Positions 18,635-28,208 of a stretch of 64,000 nt of DNA are shown here, piece by piece. The first letter of the stretch is position 1, and each line of letters opens with the position of its first letter. Position numbers and translations under genes: made by a program. This stretch comes from Gemmatimonas sp. (GTDB lineage: Bacteria; Gemmatimonadota; Gemmatimonadetes; Gemmatimonadales; Gemmatimonadaceae), in assembly GCA_965279375.1 (NCBI GenBank), contig OZ257156.1, forward strand, positions 1,824,001 to 1,888,000, written 5' to 3'. The notes beneath the pieces were generated by a model, which did no database searches, was not told where the DNA came from, and saw only the letters and a program-made list of their open reading frames with translations.

Positions 18635-19261
18635 GTGAAGCGTGACGAGGCGCCTTCGGGTGATGGTCGTCGCTACGATCAGGCGTACTTCGACAAGTGG
18701 TATCGTCACCCAACGCATCGCGTGAAGACGGCGACGGAACTGCGCCGTCAGTTGGAGTTCGTGTTGCACACCGCCGAATGGATGCTGGGACGGCCAGTGC
18801 GCACCGTGCTTGACGTGGGATGCGGCGAGGGGAACTGGCAGCCGGTCCTCACCAAGCTCCGTCCGTCGCTGTCGTATCATGGCGTGGACCCGAGTGCGTA
18901 CGCCGTTGCGCGCTACGGCAAGCGGCGCGGGTTGCAGCAGGGCGGCGTCGAAGATCTCGACACGCTCGCGTTGCGTCCCAGTTACGATCTCGTGGTCTGT
19001 TGCGGCATGCTCAACTACTTGTCGGCGGCACAGTTCACGCGCGGCATGGCGCAGGTGGCACGGCGGACCGGCGGCGTGGCATACCTGGAGATCTTCGCCA
19101 AGGGCGATGCGTTCGAAGGCGACACGGATTGGCCGCCCCTCAAGCCGGCCTCGTGGTATCGCGGTGTGTTGGCGAAGGCCGGGCTGCACTCGATCGGCAT
19201 GCAGTGCTACGTGCCCGAGGCGCGACGGCCGCTCGTCGCGCGCATGGAACGTGGGTGGTAG
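18635..19261 (+). CDS. Class I SAM-dependent methyltransferase
   Basis: VLDVGCGEG motif I, GVD and YDLVVC. Confidence 0.85.
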   Translation: MKRDEAPSGDGRRYDQAYFDKWYRHPTHRVKTATELRRQLEFVLHTAEWMLGRPVRTVLDVGCGEGNWQPVLTKLRPSLSYHGVDPSAYAVARYGKRRGLQQGGVEDLDTLALRPSYDLVVCCGMLNYLSAAQFTRGMAQVARRTGGVAYLEIFAKGDAFEGDTDWPPLKPASWYRGVLAKAGLHSIGMQCYVPEARRPLVARMERGW

Positions 19262-19307
19262 CCCGGGTGGTAGCGCCTCGCTCGTTTCCCTGCCATGATC
19301 CTCGTTC

Positions 19308-20153
19308 ATGACTGAGCCCAGCAAAGCGCCCGACACCACCTGGTCCGCGTTCGTCGCTACCCTCGCCGCCGAGCGTGGACGTGCGCAGCAGCCGCGTCCG
19401 TTGCGGGCGATGTCCGAAGAGTTCGCGCTCTGCATTCTCTCGTTGCTGTTTCCCGCGTTCGCACGCAGTGGACGCACATGGACCACGGTTGAGACCGACG
19501 CCGAGCATGCGGAGCAGCTGTTGCTGGAGGTGGCGACCGGTCTCGTGAGCGACGCGCCAGTGCTGGTGCAGCGTTTTCTCGAGGCGCTCCCGTCGGTGCG
19601 TGAAGCGCTGCTCGCAGACGCCGACGCGATCCTCGCGGGTGACCCCGCGGCCACGACGTTTGAAGAAGTGGTGTTGGCGTATCCGGGCTTTCTTGCGATT
19701 GCGGTACATCGGTTGTCGCACGAGCTCTACCGACTCGGGTTGCCGCTCTTTCCGCGCGTGCTCTCGGAGTGGTCGCATCGACAGACGGGCATCGACATTC
19801 ACCCCGGCGCGCAGATTGGCTACGGATTTGCAATCGATCACGGAACGGGTGTGGTGATTGGCGAGACGAGCACCATCGGCGACCGCGTGCGTGTGTATCA
19901 GGGCGTGACGTTGGGTGCGTTGGCTGTCAGCAAGCGGATGGCCAATCGCAAGCGGCATCCAACCATCGGCAACGACGTCGTCATCTACGCGAACGCCACG
20001 ATCCTTGGCGGAAACACGCTCATCGGCGACGGGTCGATCATCGGCGGCAACGTGTGGCTGACGTCGTCGGTGCCACCGCAGTCGGTCGTGCAATTCAGCA
20101 GTCGTGTGGAGCAGCGCGCGCCTGTCGATGACGGATTGGAGTTCCATATCTGA
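19308..20153 (+). CDS. cysE: Serine O-acetyltransferase (CysE/EpsC type)
   Basis: GDPAA, YPG, TGIDIHPGA, IDHGTGVVIGET and KRHPTIG hexapeptide region; upstream of cysK. Confidence 0.9.
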   Translation: MTEPSKAPDTTWSAFVATLAAERGRAQQPRPLRAMSEEFALCILSLLFPAFARSGRTWTTVETDAEHAEQLLLEVATGLVSDAPVLVQRFLEALPSVREALLADADAILAGDPAATTFEEVVLAYPGFLAIAVHRLSHELYRLGLPLFPRVLSEWSHRQTGIDIHPGAQIGYGFAIDHGTGVVIGETSTIGDRVRVYQGVTLGALAVSKRMANRKRHPTIGNDVVIYANATILGGNTLIGDGSIIGGNVWLTSSVPPQSVVQFSSRVEQRAPVDDGLEFHI

Positions 20154-20228
20154 CGCGTGCGCGTCGCCGTCGATGGCGATGCGCGCGAGTCGCAGTCACT
20201 TGTGTTCATAGCCTCAGGGAGCCGAATC

Positions 20229-21146
20229 ATGCGCGCCAAGAATATCCTGCAGACGATCGGTCACACGCCGCATGTGCAGCTGCAGCGTCTCTTTGATCCG
20301 CGCGTGCATGTGTGGATGAAGCTCGAGCGGGCCAATCCGGGCGGCAGCATCAAGGATCGCATTGCGTTGGCGATGATCGAGGATGCGGAGCAACGCGGTG
20401 TGCTCACCAAGGACAGCGTGATCATCGAGCCGACGTCGGGGAACACCGGCATCGGGCTGGCGATGGTGGCCGCGGTCAAGGGATATCGCCTCGTGCTCGT
20501 GATGCCCGAGTCGATGTCTATCGAGCGACGTCGTATCATGGCCGCGTACGGGGCCACCTTCGATTTGACACCGCGCGAGAAGGGGATGAAGGGCGCGATC
20601 GAGCGGGCGAGCGAACTCGTTGCCTCGACGCCCAACGCATGGATGCCGCAGCAGTTCGACAATCCTGCCAACGTGCGCGTGCACGCTGAAACCACGGCGC
20701 AGGAGATCCTCGCGGATTTTCCGAACGGCATCGACTATCTGATCACGGGCGTCGGCACGGGTGGACACATCACGGGGGTGAGCGAAGTGCTCAAGAAGCA
20801 CTTTCCTTCCATGCAGACCTTTGCCGTGGAGCCGGCCAAGTCGCCGGTCATCAGCGGCGGCAGCCCGAGCCCGCACCGCATTCAGGGCGTGGGGCCAGGC
20901 TTCATTCCCACGAACCTTCACCGCGACACCCTCGATGGCGCGATTCAGGTGACCGAAGAGGATGCCTTCTCGTACACGCAGCGTGCGGCACGTGAGGAAG
21001 GCATCTTCATCGGCATCTCGAGCGGCGGTTCACTGGCGGCAGTGGCACAGAAGATTCCCGACATGGCCGACGGAGCGACGGTGCTGACCTTCTGCTATGA
21101 CACCGGCGAGCGCTATCTCTCCATCGACGGGCTCTTCCCCGTTTGA
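20229..21146 (+). CDS. cysK: Cysteine synthase A
   Basis: [14 protein letters not shown] (PLP lysine), [19 protein letters not shown] and DTGERYLS. Confidence 0.95.
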   Translation: MRAKNILQTIGHTPHVQLQRLFDPRVHVWMKLERANPGGSIKDRIALAMIEDAEQRGVLTKDSVIIEPTSGNTGIGLAMVAAVKGYRLVLVMPESMSIERRRIMAAYGATFDLTPREKGMKGAIERASELVASTPNAWMPQQFDNPANVRVHAETTAQEILADFPNGIDYLITGVGTGGHITGVSEVLKKHFPSMQTFAVEPAKSPVISGGSPSPHRIQGVGPGFIPTNLHRDTLDGAIQVTEEDAFSYTQRAAREEGIFIGISSGGSLAAVAQKIPDMADGATVLTFCYDTGERYLSIDGLFPV

Positions 21147-21230
21147 TGCGAGGAGATGCAGCGTTAGGCTACGAAGCACCGCTGCTGCCTCCGGAACGCG
21201 AGCGTCGGCTGACATACTGCGCATGAATAC

Positions 21231-22367
21231 ATGACCGACGAGTCGCTGATGGTCGGTGGCGCACTGGCCGTGGGCATACTGCTGGGCGCCCTGCTCACGT
21301 GGGTGTTGCATCGCCGACTGCTGGCGTCGGAGATCGCGCGCGTGTCGGCGGTGGAGTCGGCACGCGCGCAGCGTGAAGCGGCCGCGTTGCGCGAGCAGTT
21401 GGCGCGCCACGAAACGGAAGCAACGCTCACGCAGCGGCACGGCAATGTGGCGGAGTTGCTCTCGCCCATTCGCGACACGCTCTCGCGCTACGATGAGGTG
21501 CTCGACCGGATGGGAAAGGCGCAGGCGCAGGTCGCCGGTGCCATCGGCGAACGCCTCGATGCGGTCTCGCTGGCGGGGGAGTCACTGCGACGTGAGACGC
21601 AGCAGCTCTCGCAGGCGTTGCGCGCACCGACCGTGCGCGGGCAGTGGGGTGAGTTGCAGCTGCGACGCGTGTGCGAACTGGCCGGTATGCTCGCGTACTG
21701 CGATTTCGAACCGCAAGTGACGGTGCGCAACGAGGACGGCATGCAGCGCCCCGATCTCGTGGTGCGCATGCCCGGTGGGCGGCAACTTGTTGTAGATGCC
21801 AAGGCGCCGCTTTCCGCGTATCTGGAAGCGATGGGTGCGCCCGACGATCGCGCACGCACCGCACGCCTGGCGGAGCATGCCGCCGCGTTGCGCGGCCACG
21901 TCCAGCGGCTGTCGGCAAAGAAGTACTGGACGCAGTTCACCGAAGCGCCGGAGTTCGTGGTGCTCTTCCTGCCGGGTGAAGCGTTCTTTGCGGCAGCGTT
22001 GGAGTCCGACCCGTCGCTGCTGGAAGCAGCGCTGAGTGAGCGCGTGCTGCTGGCCACGCCCACCACGCTCATCGCGTTGCTCAAGGCCACCGCCTACGGC
22101 TGGCGTCAGGAGCGAGTGGCAGAAGATGCGGCGCGCATTGTCGCGTTGGGGCGCGAGCTGCAGGAGCGACTCGTCGTGTTCGACGAGCAGCTGGGTGAAG
22201 TGGGGAAGGGGCTACAGCGCGCCGTGACGGGCTACAATCGTGCGGTGGGGAGCCTGGAAAGTCGCGTGCTTGTGAGCGCGCGACGACTCGGCGAGCTGGG
22301 AGTGGGCGGCGGTGCGTTGGAGCCGCCACCGATCATCGAGACGGCGGTACGCGACGTCAGCGAGTGA
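21231..22367 (+). CDS. rmuC: DNA recombination protein RmuC
   Basis: N-terminal TM and coiled coil, RGQWGELQL, RPDLVV..VDAK, PEFVVLFLPGE and ATPTTLIALL. Confidence 0.9.
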   Translation: MTDESLMVGGALAVGILLGALLTWVLHRRLLASEIARVSAVESARAQREAAALREQLARHETEATLTQRHGNVAELLSPIRDTLSRYDEVLDRMGKAQAQVAGAIGERLDAVSLAGESLRRETQQLSQALRAPTVRGQWGELQLRRVCELAGMLAYCDFEPQVTVRNEDGMQRPDLVVRMPGGRQLVVDAKAPLSAYLEAMGAPDDRARTARLAEHAAALRGHVQRLSAKKYWTQFTEAPEFVVLFLPGEAFFAAALESDPSLLEAALSERVLLATPTTLIALLKATAYGWRQERVAEDAARIVALGRELQERLVVFDEQLGEVGKGLQRAVTGYNRAVGSLESRVLVSARRLGELGVGGGALEPPPIIETAVRDVSE

Positions 22368-23298
22368 GCGTTGGAGTGCGCGTTGGAGTGAGTGTTGGCG
22401 TGAGCGTCGCGTCCAGCAGTTCGATGAGTGTGTCGCGGAGCGCGCTTGCGCGTGCACTCAACGCGCGCTGTCGCCGCTGATATTCGTCGCGCCCTTCCGC
22501 CGTCTCGACGCACACCGGTTCCACACCGAAGGCACGCAGGTCGTACGGGCCCGCTTGCATGTCGAGGTCGCGTAGATCCATGGCCAGCTCGAAGCAGTCC
22601 GCAAGCACGTCACTGCCAATCCACGGCATGCACGTGTACGACCAGCGATAGAGGTCCATGTTGGCATGCACGCACCCCGGCTGCTCCGCGTCGTAGCGGT
22701 TCGCCCACTCCAGCGCGATCCGATTCATCGGCTTGGCGTCCGGCGCGAAGAACCGAAACGCGTCGAAGTGGCTGCACGCCACAGGGCGCGTCTCCACCAG
22801 CGCATCCACCTGCGCCTGCGGCAAACGAAGCGGCGCGATCTCTGCGTGGCGAAGGTCGTGGCCACGATACACCATCGCCCACTCGTGCATCCCGTAGCAA
22901 CCAAAATGTGCGGGGCGATCGCGCGTTGTGCGAAGAATGTGCAGCGCGTTGGCGAGGCGCTCGCGTCTGGCGTCGGTAAGCGCACTCGTCTGCCGACGAA
23001 TCACGCCGTCCACCGCACCGTACACGGGAGCGCTGAAACGCTCGCGTGATTCCGCGCTGTCAGTCAGCGCCTCGTGCGGCGCGGGGTGCCACGTTTCGAG
23101 CTTGCCCGGCGAGTAGCTGTAGTACTGGAAGAGAAAGTCGTGAACCGGATGCGATTCACCACGCGCGCGCCGATCGCGACGCGGCTGCGTAAACCGCTGT
23201 ACGCGTTCGAGGTGCGCCTGCGCGCGGACCTGCCACTGCGTTGTGGTCAACGCAGGGGCAGCATCAGTCAGTGAGATAGCCCCACGAGCATCGCGCAT
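22357..23298 (-). CDS. Conserved protein of the family commonly annotated as putative 3-methyladenine DNA glycosylase
   Basis: HPVHDFLFQYY, GCYGMHEWAMVY, CSHFDAFRFF and EQPGCVHANMDLY motifs. The function of the family is uncertain. Confidence 0.65.
   Translation of the reverse strand: MRDARGAISLTDAAPALTTTQWQVRAQAHLERVQRFTQPRRDRRARGESHPVHDFLFQYYSYSPGKLETWHPAPHEALTDSAESRERFSAPVYGAVDGVIRRQTSALTDARRERLANALHILRTTRDRPAHFGCYGMHEWAMVYRGHDLRHAEIAPLRLPQAQVDALVETRPVACSHFDAFRFFAPDAKPMNRIALEWANRYDAEQPGCVHANMDLYRWSYTCMPWIGSDVLADCFELAMDLRDLDMQAGPYDLRAFGVEPVCVETAEGRDEYQRRQRALSARASALRDTLIELLDATLTPTLTPTRTPTLTR
22364..22407. repeat. 12-bp degenerate tandem repeat (GTGAGCGTTGGA)x~3.7
   Basis: gtgagcgttgga/gtgcgcgttgga/gtgagtgttggc/gtgagcgt; encodes TLTP-type repeats at the convergent gene overlap. 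Confidence 0.7.
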
Positions 23299-23362
23299 GT
23301 CGAATTCTATTCTGATCTCGTCGGCGACGGCACGCCAACTGAACGGCTGAGAACGCACAGCA

Positions 23363-24808
23363 TCAGAAAGGTGCCGGCTGCTCCACCACTACCGGCGCTC
23401 CCGTCACCGGGTGCACGAAGGCCAGCCGCTCTGCGTGCAGCATCAAGCGCTCGTCGTCGTTGGGTGGTGTACGCCCGTACAACCGATCGCCCACGATCGG
23501 CGCGTCGAGGCCCTGTGGATGCGACGCATGCACGCGCAACTGATGCGACCTGCCGGTGTGCGGCGTTAGCTGCACGCGCGTGCGCCCAATGTCGCGTGCG
23601 AGCACGCGCCACTCGGTGTGCGCGGGTTTCCCGTGCACCGGATCGAAGATATTGCGCGGCCGATCGTCGATATCCACGCGCAGTGGCAAGTGGATGTGTC
23701 CGTGGTCGCCCACAACCTCGCCGTCGAGCCACGCGACGTAATGCTTGTCGATTTCGCGACGTGAGAAGAGCCGCTGCAACGCCGTGGCAACCGAGAGCTC
23801 CTTCGCCACGAGCAGTAGCCCGGAGGTATCGAGGTCGAGTCGATGCACCACCAGCGGACCGGTCGCGTCGGGGTAGCGGCTCCGTAGTCGCGACACCACG
23901 CAATCCTGCAACGATGCGCTGCGCCCGGGCACGGTCAGCAGTCCGCTCGGCTTGTTCACCACCAGCAAGTGCTCGTCTTCGTATACGGCAATTGGCTCGG
24001 CGGCGTCGATGGCGGCCGAACCGAAAAGAGGCGGTGGATCGGCCGGCAAGCCTTCGAGCATGTGCGTGAGAATCGGCAGACACTTGCCGCGACAGGCGGC
24101 GTAGAACACCCCCTCGCGCCGATCACCCGTCGCCGAAGGCGCACCCCACCAGAACTCCGCGAGTGCGAGTGGCGTCAGACCCAGGCGATACGCGTGCGCC
24201 AGCAGTTTGGGCGCTGCACAGTCGCCCGCACCGGCGGGCGGCTCGGCCGGCGTGAAGAGCGTACGCAGCGCTCGCACCTCTCCACGCGCGTTGGCGAACT
24301 GATAGCTGTCCTGGATCTGCGCCATGAGAATGCGGGATCGCGCCGTGCGTGTCTCATCGAGCATGCGCACGGCCGCAGCGATGCGACGCGTGTCTGTGCC
24401 TTGCGTATCCGACGGCATGGAGGCGAGCAGATTCGCACGCTGTGCTGCAAAGTCGAGCATCTCGGCCTCGCCTGGAATCCAGACGCGATCACGAGCGACA
24501 CTGTCAAACGTCGGTGGGGCCCAACCGACGATGTCCCACTGTCCGTCGATCATCCCGGAGAAACCGCGCAGGTAGCCGATGGTGCCGTTTGACGCTTCCG
24601 CGACCAGTACCCCGAACATCTTGCCGTTCCCGGGCTCGTGCAGCCGCCACGCACTCGCGTACTGAGACTGCAACGCGGACGTCAGCTCCATCGCGGCACG
24701 CTGCGCGAGTGCGTGCACGGCCCCGCGATCGAACGGGGATGGAAAACGCGCGGGCCGCTCAGCGGGGCTCGGTGCGGGGGAGAAAATGATCACGACGGAG
24801 AATAGCAC
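23363..24808 (-). CDS. Long-form RluA-family pseudouridine synthase with N-terminal extra domain
   Basis: VNKPSGLL, HRLDLDTSG catalytic motif, TGRSHQLRVH, GDRLYG and LHA; N-domain has GKMFGVL and CAAPKLL. Start approximate. Confidence 0.88.
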   Translation of the reverse strand: MLFSVVIIFSPAPSPAERPARFPSPFDRGAVHALAQRAAMELTSALQSQYASAWRLHEPGNGKMFGVLVAEASNGTIGYLRGFSGMIDGQWDIVGWAPPTFDSVARDRVWIPGEAEMLDFAAQRANLLASMPSDTQGTDTRRIAAAVRMLDETRTARSRILMAQIQDSYQFANARGEVRALRTLFTPAEPPAGAGDCAAPKLLAHAYRLGLTPLALAEFWWGAPSATGDRREGVFYAACRGKCLPILTHMLEGLPADPPPLFGSAAIDAAEPIAVYEDEHLLVVNKPSGLLTVPGRSASLQDCVVSRLRSRYPDATGPLVVHRLDLDTSGLLLVAKELSVATALQRLFSRREIDKHYVAWLDGEVVGDHGHIHLPLRVDIDDRPRNIFDPVHGKPAHTEWRVLARDIGRTRVQLTPHTGRSHQLRVHASHPQGLDAPIVGDRLYGRTPPNDDERLMLHAERLAFVHPVTGAPVVVEQPAPF

Positions 24809-24879
24809 GCGCGCGATGCACGACGGCTATCGAGTCGGGCCGTCGAGTGCTTTCGGAAACGCTGATATCGAGCGATGCG

Positions 24880-25179
24880 CTAGCGGCTGCGGTCTGCCGT
24901 TGTCGCGCGAAGGTAGCCACACCGCTGGTCGACTGGCCGACCCGCTGGATCTGGGAGAGAGAGGAAGTCGACCGATACGCTGTCCTGACGCGTTCGTGCC
25001 TCGGCGTAGGCCTGCGCACACTCCGCTGCGCTATGTACGCCGTGGAACGGCGCGAAGATCAGCCGATACGACAGCACGCCGATGGCGATCAGCACCGCCG
25101 CGGCGAATCCGGGTGATGTGACGTTACGCCAGTCCGGCGAGCCGGTCAGCATCCGCATAGGCCCCTCGTGAGTTCGCAT
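24880..25179 (-). CDS. Small hypothetical membrane-anchored protein
   Basis: GGAGG RBS before ATG 25179; one hydrophobic segment and two Cys. Confidence 0.5.
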   Translation of the reverse strand: MRTHEGPMRMLTGSPDWRNVTSPGFAAAVLIAIGVLSYRLIFAPFHGVHSAAECAQAYAEARTRQDSVSVDFLSLPDPAGRPVDQRCGYLRATTADRSR

Positions 25180-25268
25180 TCGGTGTTCCTCCCGACGACA
25201 CGCCGTTGCTGCACACTCAGGTAACTCGCGCCAGTCGCCATCGGTCACCTGCGGATCAGATCAGATCT

Positions 25269-25637
25269 TCAGCGTCCGGTGAACAAGACTGCCGTGTCCG
25301 CCACGGCGCCCGCCACCGTCGGCGCGATGCCCAGCGCATAGAGCGCGATCGCCAATCGCCACGGTCGTTGTGGCGACAAGAGCTTGGCGAACATGGGAAT
25401 GAGCAGTGGCCAGAAGATCAGAAACAAGTAGCCGAAATCGAACGGCAAGGCCACCCGTGTTTGCCGCGCAAACTGTCGGATCCACATGCCGATCGCAACG
25501 AGCGGTCCAAATGTGAGAAAGATCTGGACGGGCGTCGACAGCGAGCGGTGCGCGAGCGCGTACAGCACCACGACCGCCACGCCGGTGGCATCAATCAAAA
25601 GCACATTTCGAAGCGACGGTCGCGGACTTGGCAGCAT
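25269..25637 (-). CDS. Small hypothetical integral membrane protein (~4 TM)
   Basis: 122 aa, mostly hydrophobic helices. Confidence 0.55.
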   Translation of the reverse strand: MLPSPRPSLRNVLLIDATGVAVVVLYALAHRSLSTPVQIFLTFGPLVAIGMWIRQFARQTRVALPFDFGYLFLIFWPLLIPMFAKLLSPQRPWRLAIALYALGIAPTVAGAVADTAVLFTGR

Positions 25638-25706
25638 GACATGGGAGTAAATGGCTGACGCAACATTCCAACCGCGCTGTCCTCTACGTGCCGCCCGTCG
25701 CTCCGA

Positions 25707-26342
25707 CTACAACGACCCCAGCAAGTCGTCGATCGCTTTGCGGTCTGCGTCTTCCAGCGATTCAGCACCATGGATGATGCGCTGCAACACGTCCACCGCT
25801 TCCGCGGCCAGATCTTCCGGGTGCCGCCGGTCTTTCGCAAAACGCACGATGTGTCCGAGGAGAATCGTCTCGAACGGCGCCGTCTCGTCGTCGTCCTCAT
25901 CGTCATCGTCGTCATCATCATCGTCGTCCTGCTGCTCCAGCGATGCCTCGAAGCTCGGCACGCTCTCCTTCCACGGCTCGGATGCGTGCGCGTTCGCTTC
26001 GAGCGAATTGCGCGGGACCAGCGCGAACAGCCGGCACTGCAGTCCCGGCGCTTCTTCGTAGGCGAAGAGGCCGAGTGACACGGGCGTGTCGAAGAGATGC
26101 AAGTCGAGCAGACGCGCAATCGCTTCGGCAGGCATGGCACTGCGCGCGACGAGACGACCATCGATGTACGCCGCCAGCGCCGATGACTCTGGCGCACGCG
26201 GGTCTTCGAGGTGGGTGACGAGCAGCGACACCGGCTCGCGCGTGGTCACGAACACCGCCGGCCGCGCCTCGGGGTCGTGCTCTTCCTCAGGCGAGTCGTC
26301 GTGCGAGTCGTCGAAGGGCAACTCAAAATCGTCAGCGGGCAT
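25707..26342 (-). CDS. Hypothetical very acidic protein with poly-Asp tract
   Basis: 211-aa ORF with D/E-rich composition and a QQDDDDDDDDDDEDDDE tract. Confidence 0.7.
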   Translation of the reverse strand: MPADDFELPFDDSHDDSPEEEHDPEARPAVFVTTREPVSLLVTHLEDPRAPESSALAAYIDGRLVARSAMPAEAIARLLDLHLFDTPVSLGLFAYEEAPGLQCRLFALVPRNSLEANAHASEPWKESVPSFEASLEQQDDDDDDDDDDEDDDETAPFETILLGHIVRFAKDRRHPEDLAAEAVDVLQRIIHGAESLEDADRKAIDDLLGSL

Positions 26343-26393
26343 GGCAGGATCGATGATATGATCGATGTGATGATCGATGAGCCGGACGGGCGC

Positions 26394-28208
26394 TCAACTC
26401 CCAGACGCGATGTCGTTCACGTCCGTCCGTTCAAACACGCTACCCAGCCACACGAGCAGAGGCCAGAGTTCGAGGGACAGTACGATACAGCCAAGCACGG
26501 TTCCGAGCACAATCGACCAGGAACCGAACGGGAGATCAAAGACCGAACTGAGCCAAATCGTGACAGCCCCGATCCCCACCGGGAAAACCAACGCGACCGC
26601 CGCCGCCAGCGTCGTCGCGCCGGTGGTGAGCAGATTCTGTCCCATCGTCTCGAAGCCGCGCGCTTCAGCGCCAAGCCGGACCCACGCCGGGAAGAGCAAC
26701 GCTGTGCCGTTCTGTATGGCGAACATGAGCGCATTGAAAATCGGCACGGCGATGGCGACGGACACGATCATGGGCACCGTCGCGCCGCTTTCCGTCAGCA
26801 GTGCTGGCTCCTGGACGATCATCACGATCGGCACGATCATGAGCGACCACACGGTCAGCGAATGGAGCAGACTGACGCCGGCAATCTCCGCCGCGACGAT
26901 GCGCTGACCCGACAACGGCCACGTTTTGAGAATGGCCAGTCGCTGCAGGTCGAGCCGCAAATCGAACCGCATCCAGAGCGGCCCCAGAAAGAGCAGCATC
27001 GCGCCCCAGCCGATCGTCACGCCCATGAACACGTCGCCCGCGCGCGCCGATGAGCTCCGCGTCACGATCGCCAGCGTGCCGAGTCCCAGCGTGAACGCGA
27101 TCAGCTGCGTGCGCCAAGCGCCACCGCGCATGGCGGCAGCAATGTTCTTCCAGGCGATGGCGACTTCAGGACGGCCCGTCAGCGACAGCTTCGGCACGCG
27201 CGTCAGCTTCCCTGTACGCGAACGGGTCTTCCCCATCTGCGAGGTGCGGAATCGCTGCAGTCGCTCGGCGCGGTGCTGCGTGGCCTCCAGCGCGGCCTCT
27301 TCGAACGAAGCATCCAGCCGCACCACCCACAGATAGTGCAGCAGCAGCACGAGCAGCGCGATCGGTACGGCGGCTAACCATGCGCTGCTGCTCTGCGAAA
27401 AGACGGGCGCCAGCAGCGAGCGTACGGGCCAGAGCGCGAAACCCGGCACCGGCGCGTTCAGCGCGTCCACGACGCCGATCCCCACCGCCTTCATGCTCAC
27501 ATCGGCGGCTGCCTTGAGCACGGCCCAGCGTGACAGCACGCCGGATACCACGGCGCCTACGAGCGAACCGAACACCAATAGCGGCGCCAGACTCCGACGA
27601 CGCCCCGCGTTCTCGTGCTCGATGGCGTTGGCCCGCACGATCGACGCGCCGAGACGATGCAGCGCCAGCGTGGAAAAGACGATCCAGAGCGAGATGCCGC
27701 GCTGCCAGCCGTCCATCGTGCCGGCACCACCGCGCATCAGCACGCTCCAGATCAGCGTGTTCAGCAGAATCGCGAGCTGCGTGCGCACCAGCTTGGCCTG
27801 CACGAGTGCACGGCGCGAGACCGGCGCGGGAAACAGGAACTGCACTTCGGCGGGCGCGAACGCGAGCGTACCACGATCGGCGCCGAAGAGCCACCAGCGT
27901 GCGGCCGAAAGCAGGAGGACGGCCGACATGACGGGCAGGAGCAGCGTGCTGCTCACCAGCGACGCCATTGGACCGCCGCCAAAGCGCGTGTTCCGGAAGA
28001 GCGCCCACCAGATGTAGAGCACACCGAGAATCACGGCGGCCACATAGCGCGGGCTTTTCACGCGCACCGCCTGCGACCGCAGGCGATTCACGAAGCTGCG
28101 CACGTACACGAACAACAGTGCCGCCGCAGGTGACGGCGTACGCCCCGCCGCGCGATCGACCGCCGCCGGTGACTCCGTGACCTGCGTTGGATTCAGAAGC
28201 GTGCTCAC
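26394..28208 (-). CDS. Putative ABC exporter permease
   Basis: Many TM helices; FAPAEVQFLFPAPVSRR motif; GTGA overlap with the ABC ATPase gene. Confidence 0.8.
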   Translation of the reverse strand: MSTLLNPTQVTESPAAVDRAAGRTPSPAAALLFVYVRSFVNRLRSQAVRVKSPRYVAAVILGVLYIWWALFRNTRFGGGPMASLVSSTLLLPVMSAVLLLSAARWWLFGADRGTLAFAPAEVQFLFPAPVSRRALVQAKLVRTQLAILLNTLIWSVLMRGGAGTMDGWQRGISLWIVFSTLALHRLGASIVRANAIEHENAGRRRSLAPLLVFGSLVGAVVSGVLSRWAVLKAAADVSMKAVGIGVVDALNAPVPGFALWPVRSLLAPVFSQSSSAWLAAVPIALLVLLLHYLWVVRLDASFEEAALEATQHRAERLQRFRTSQMGKTRSRTGKLTRVPKLSLTGRPEVAIAWKNIAAAMRGGAWRTQLIAFTLGLGTLAIVTRSSSARAGDVFMGVTIGWGAMLLFLGPLWMRFDLRLDLQRLAILKTWPLSGQRIVAAEIAGVSLLHSLTVWSLMIVPIVMIVQEPALLTESGATVPMIVSVAIAVPIFNALMFAIQNGTALLFPAWVRLGAEARGFETMGQNLLTTGATTLAAAVALVFPVGIGAVTIWLSSVFDLPFGSWSIVLGTVLGCIVLSLELWPLLVWLGSVFERTDVNDIASGS

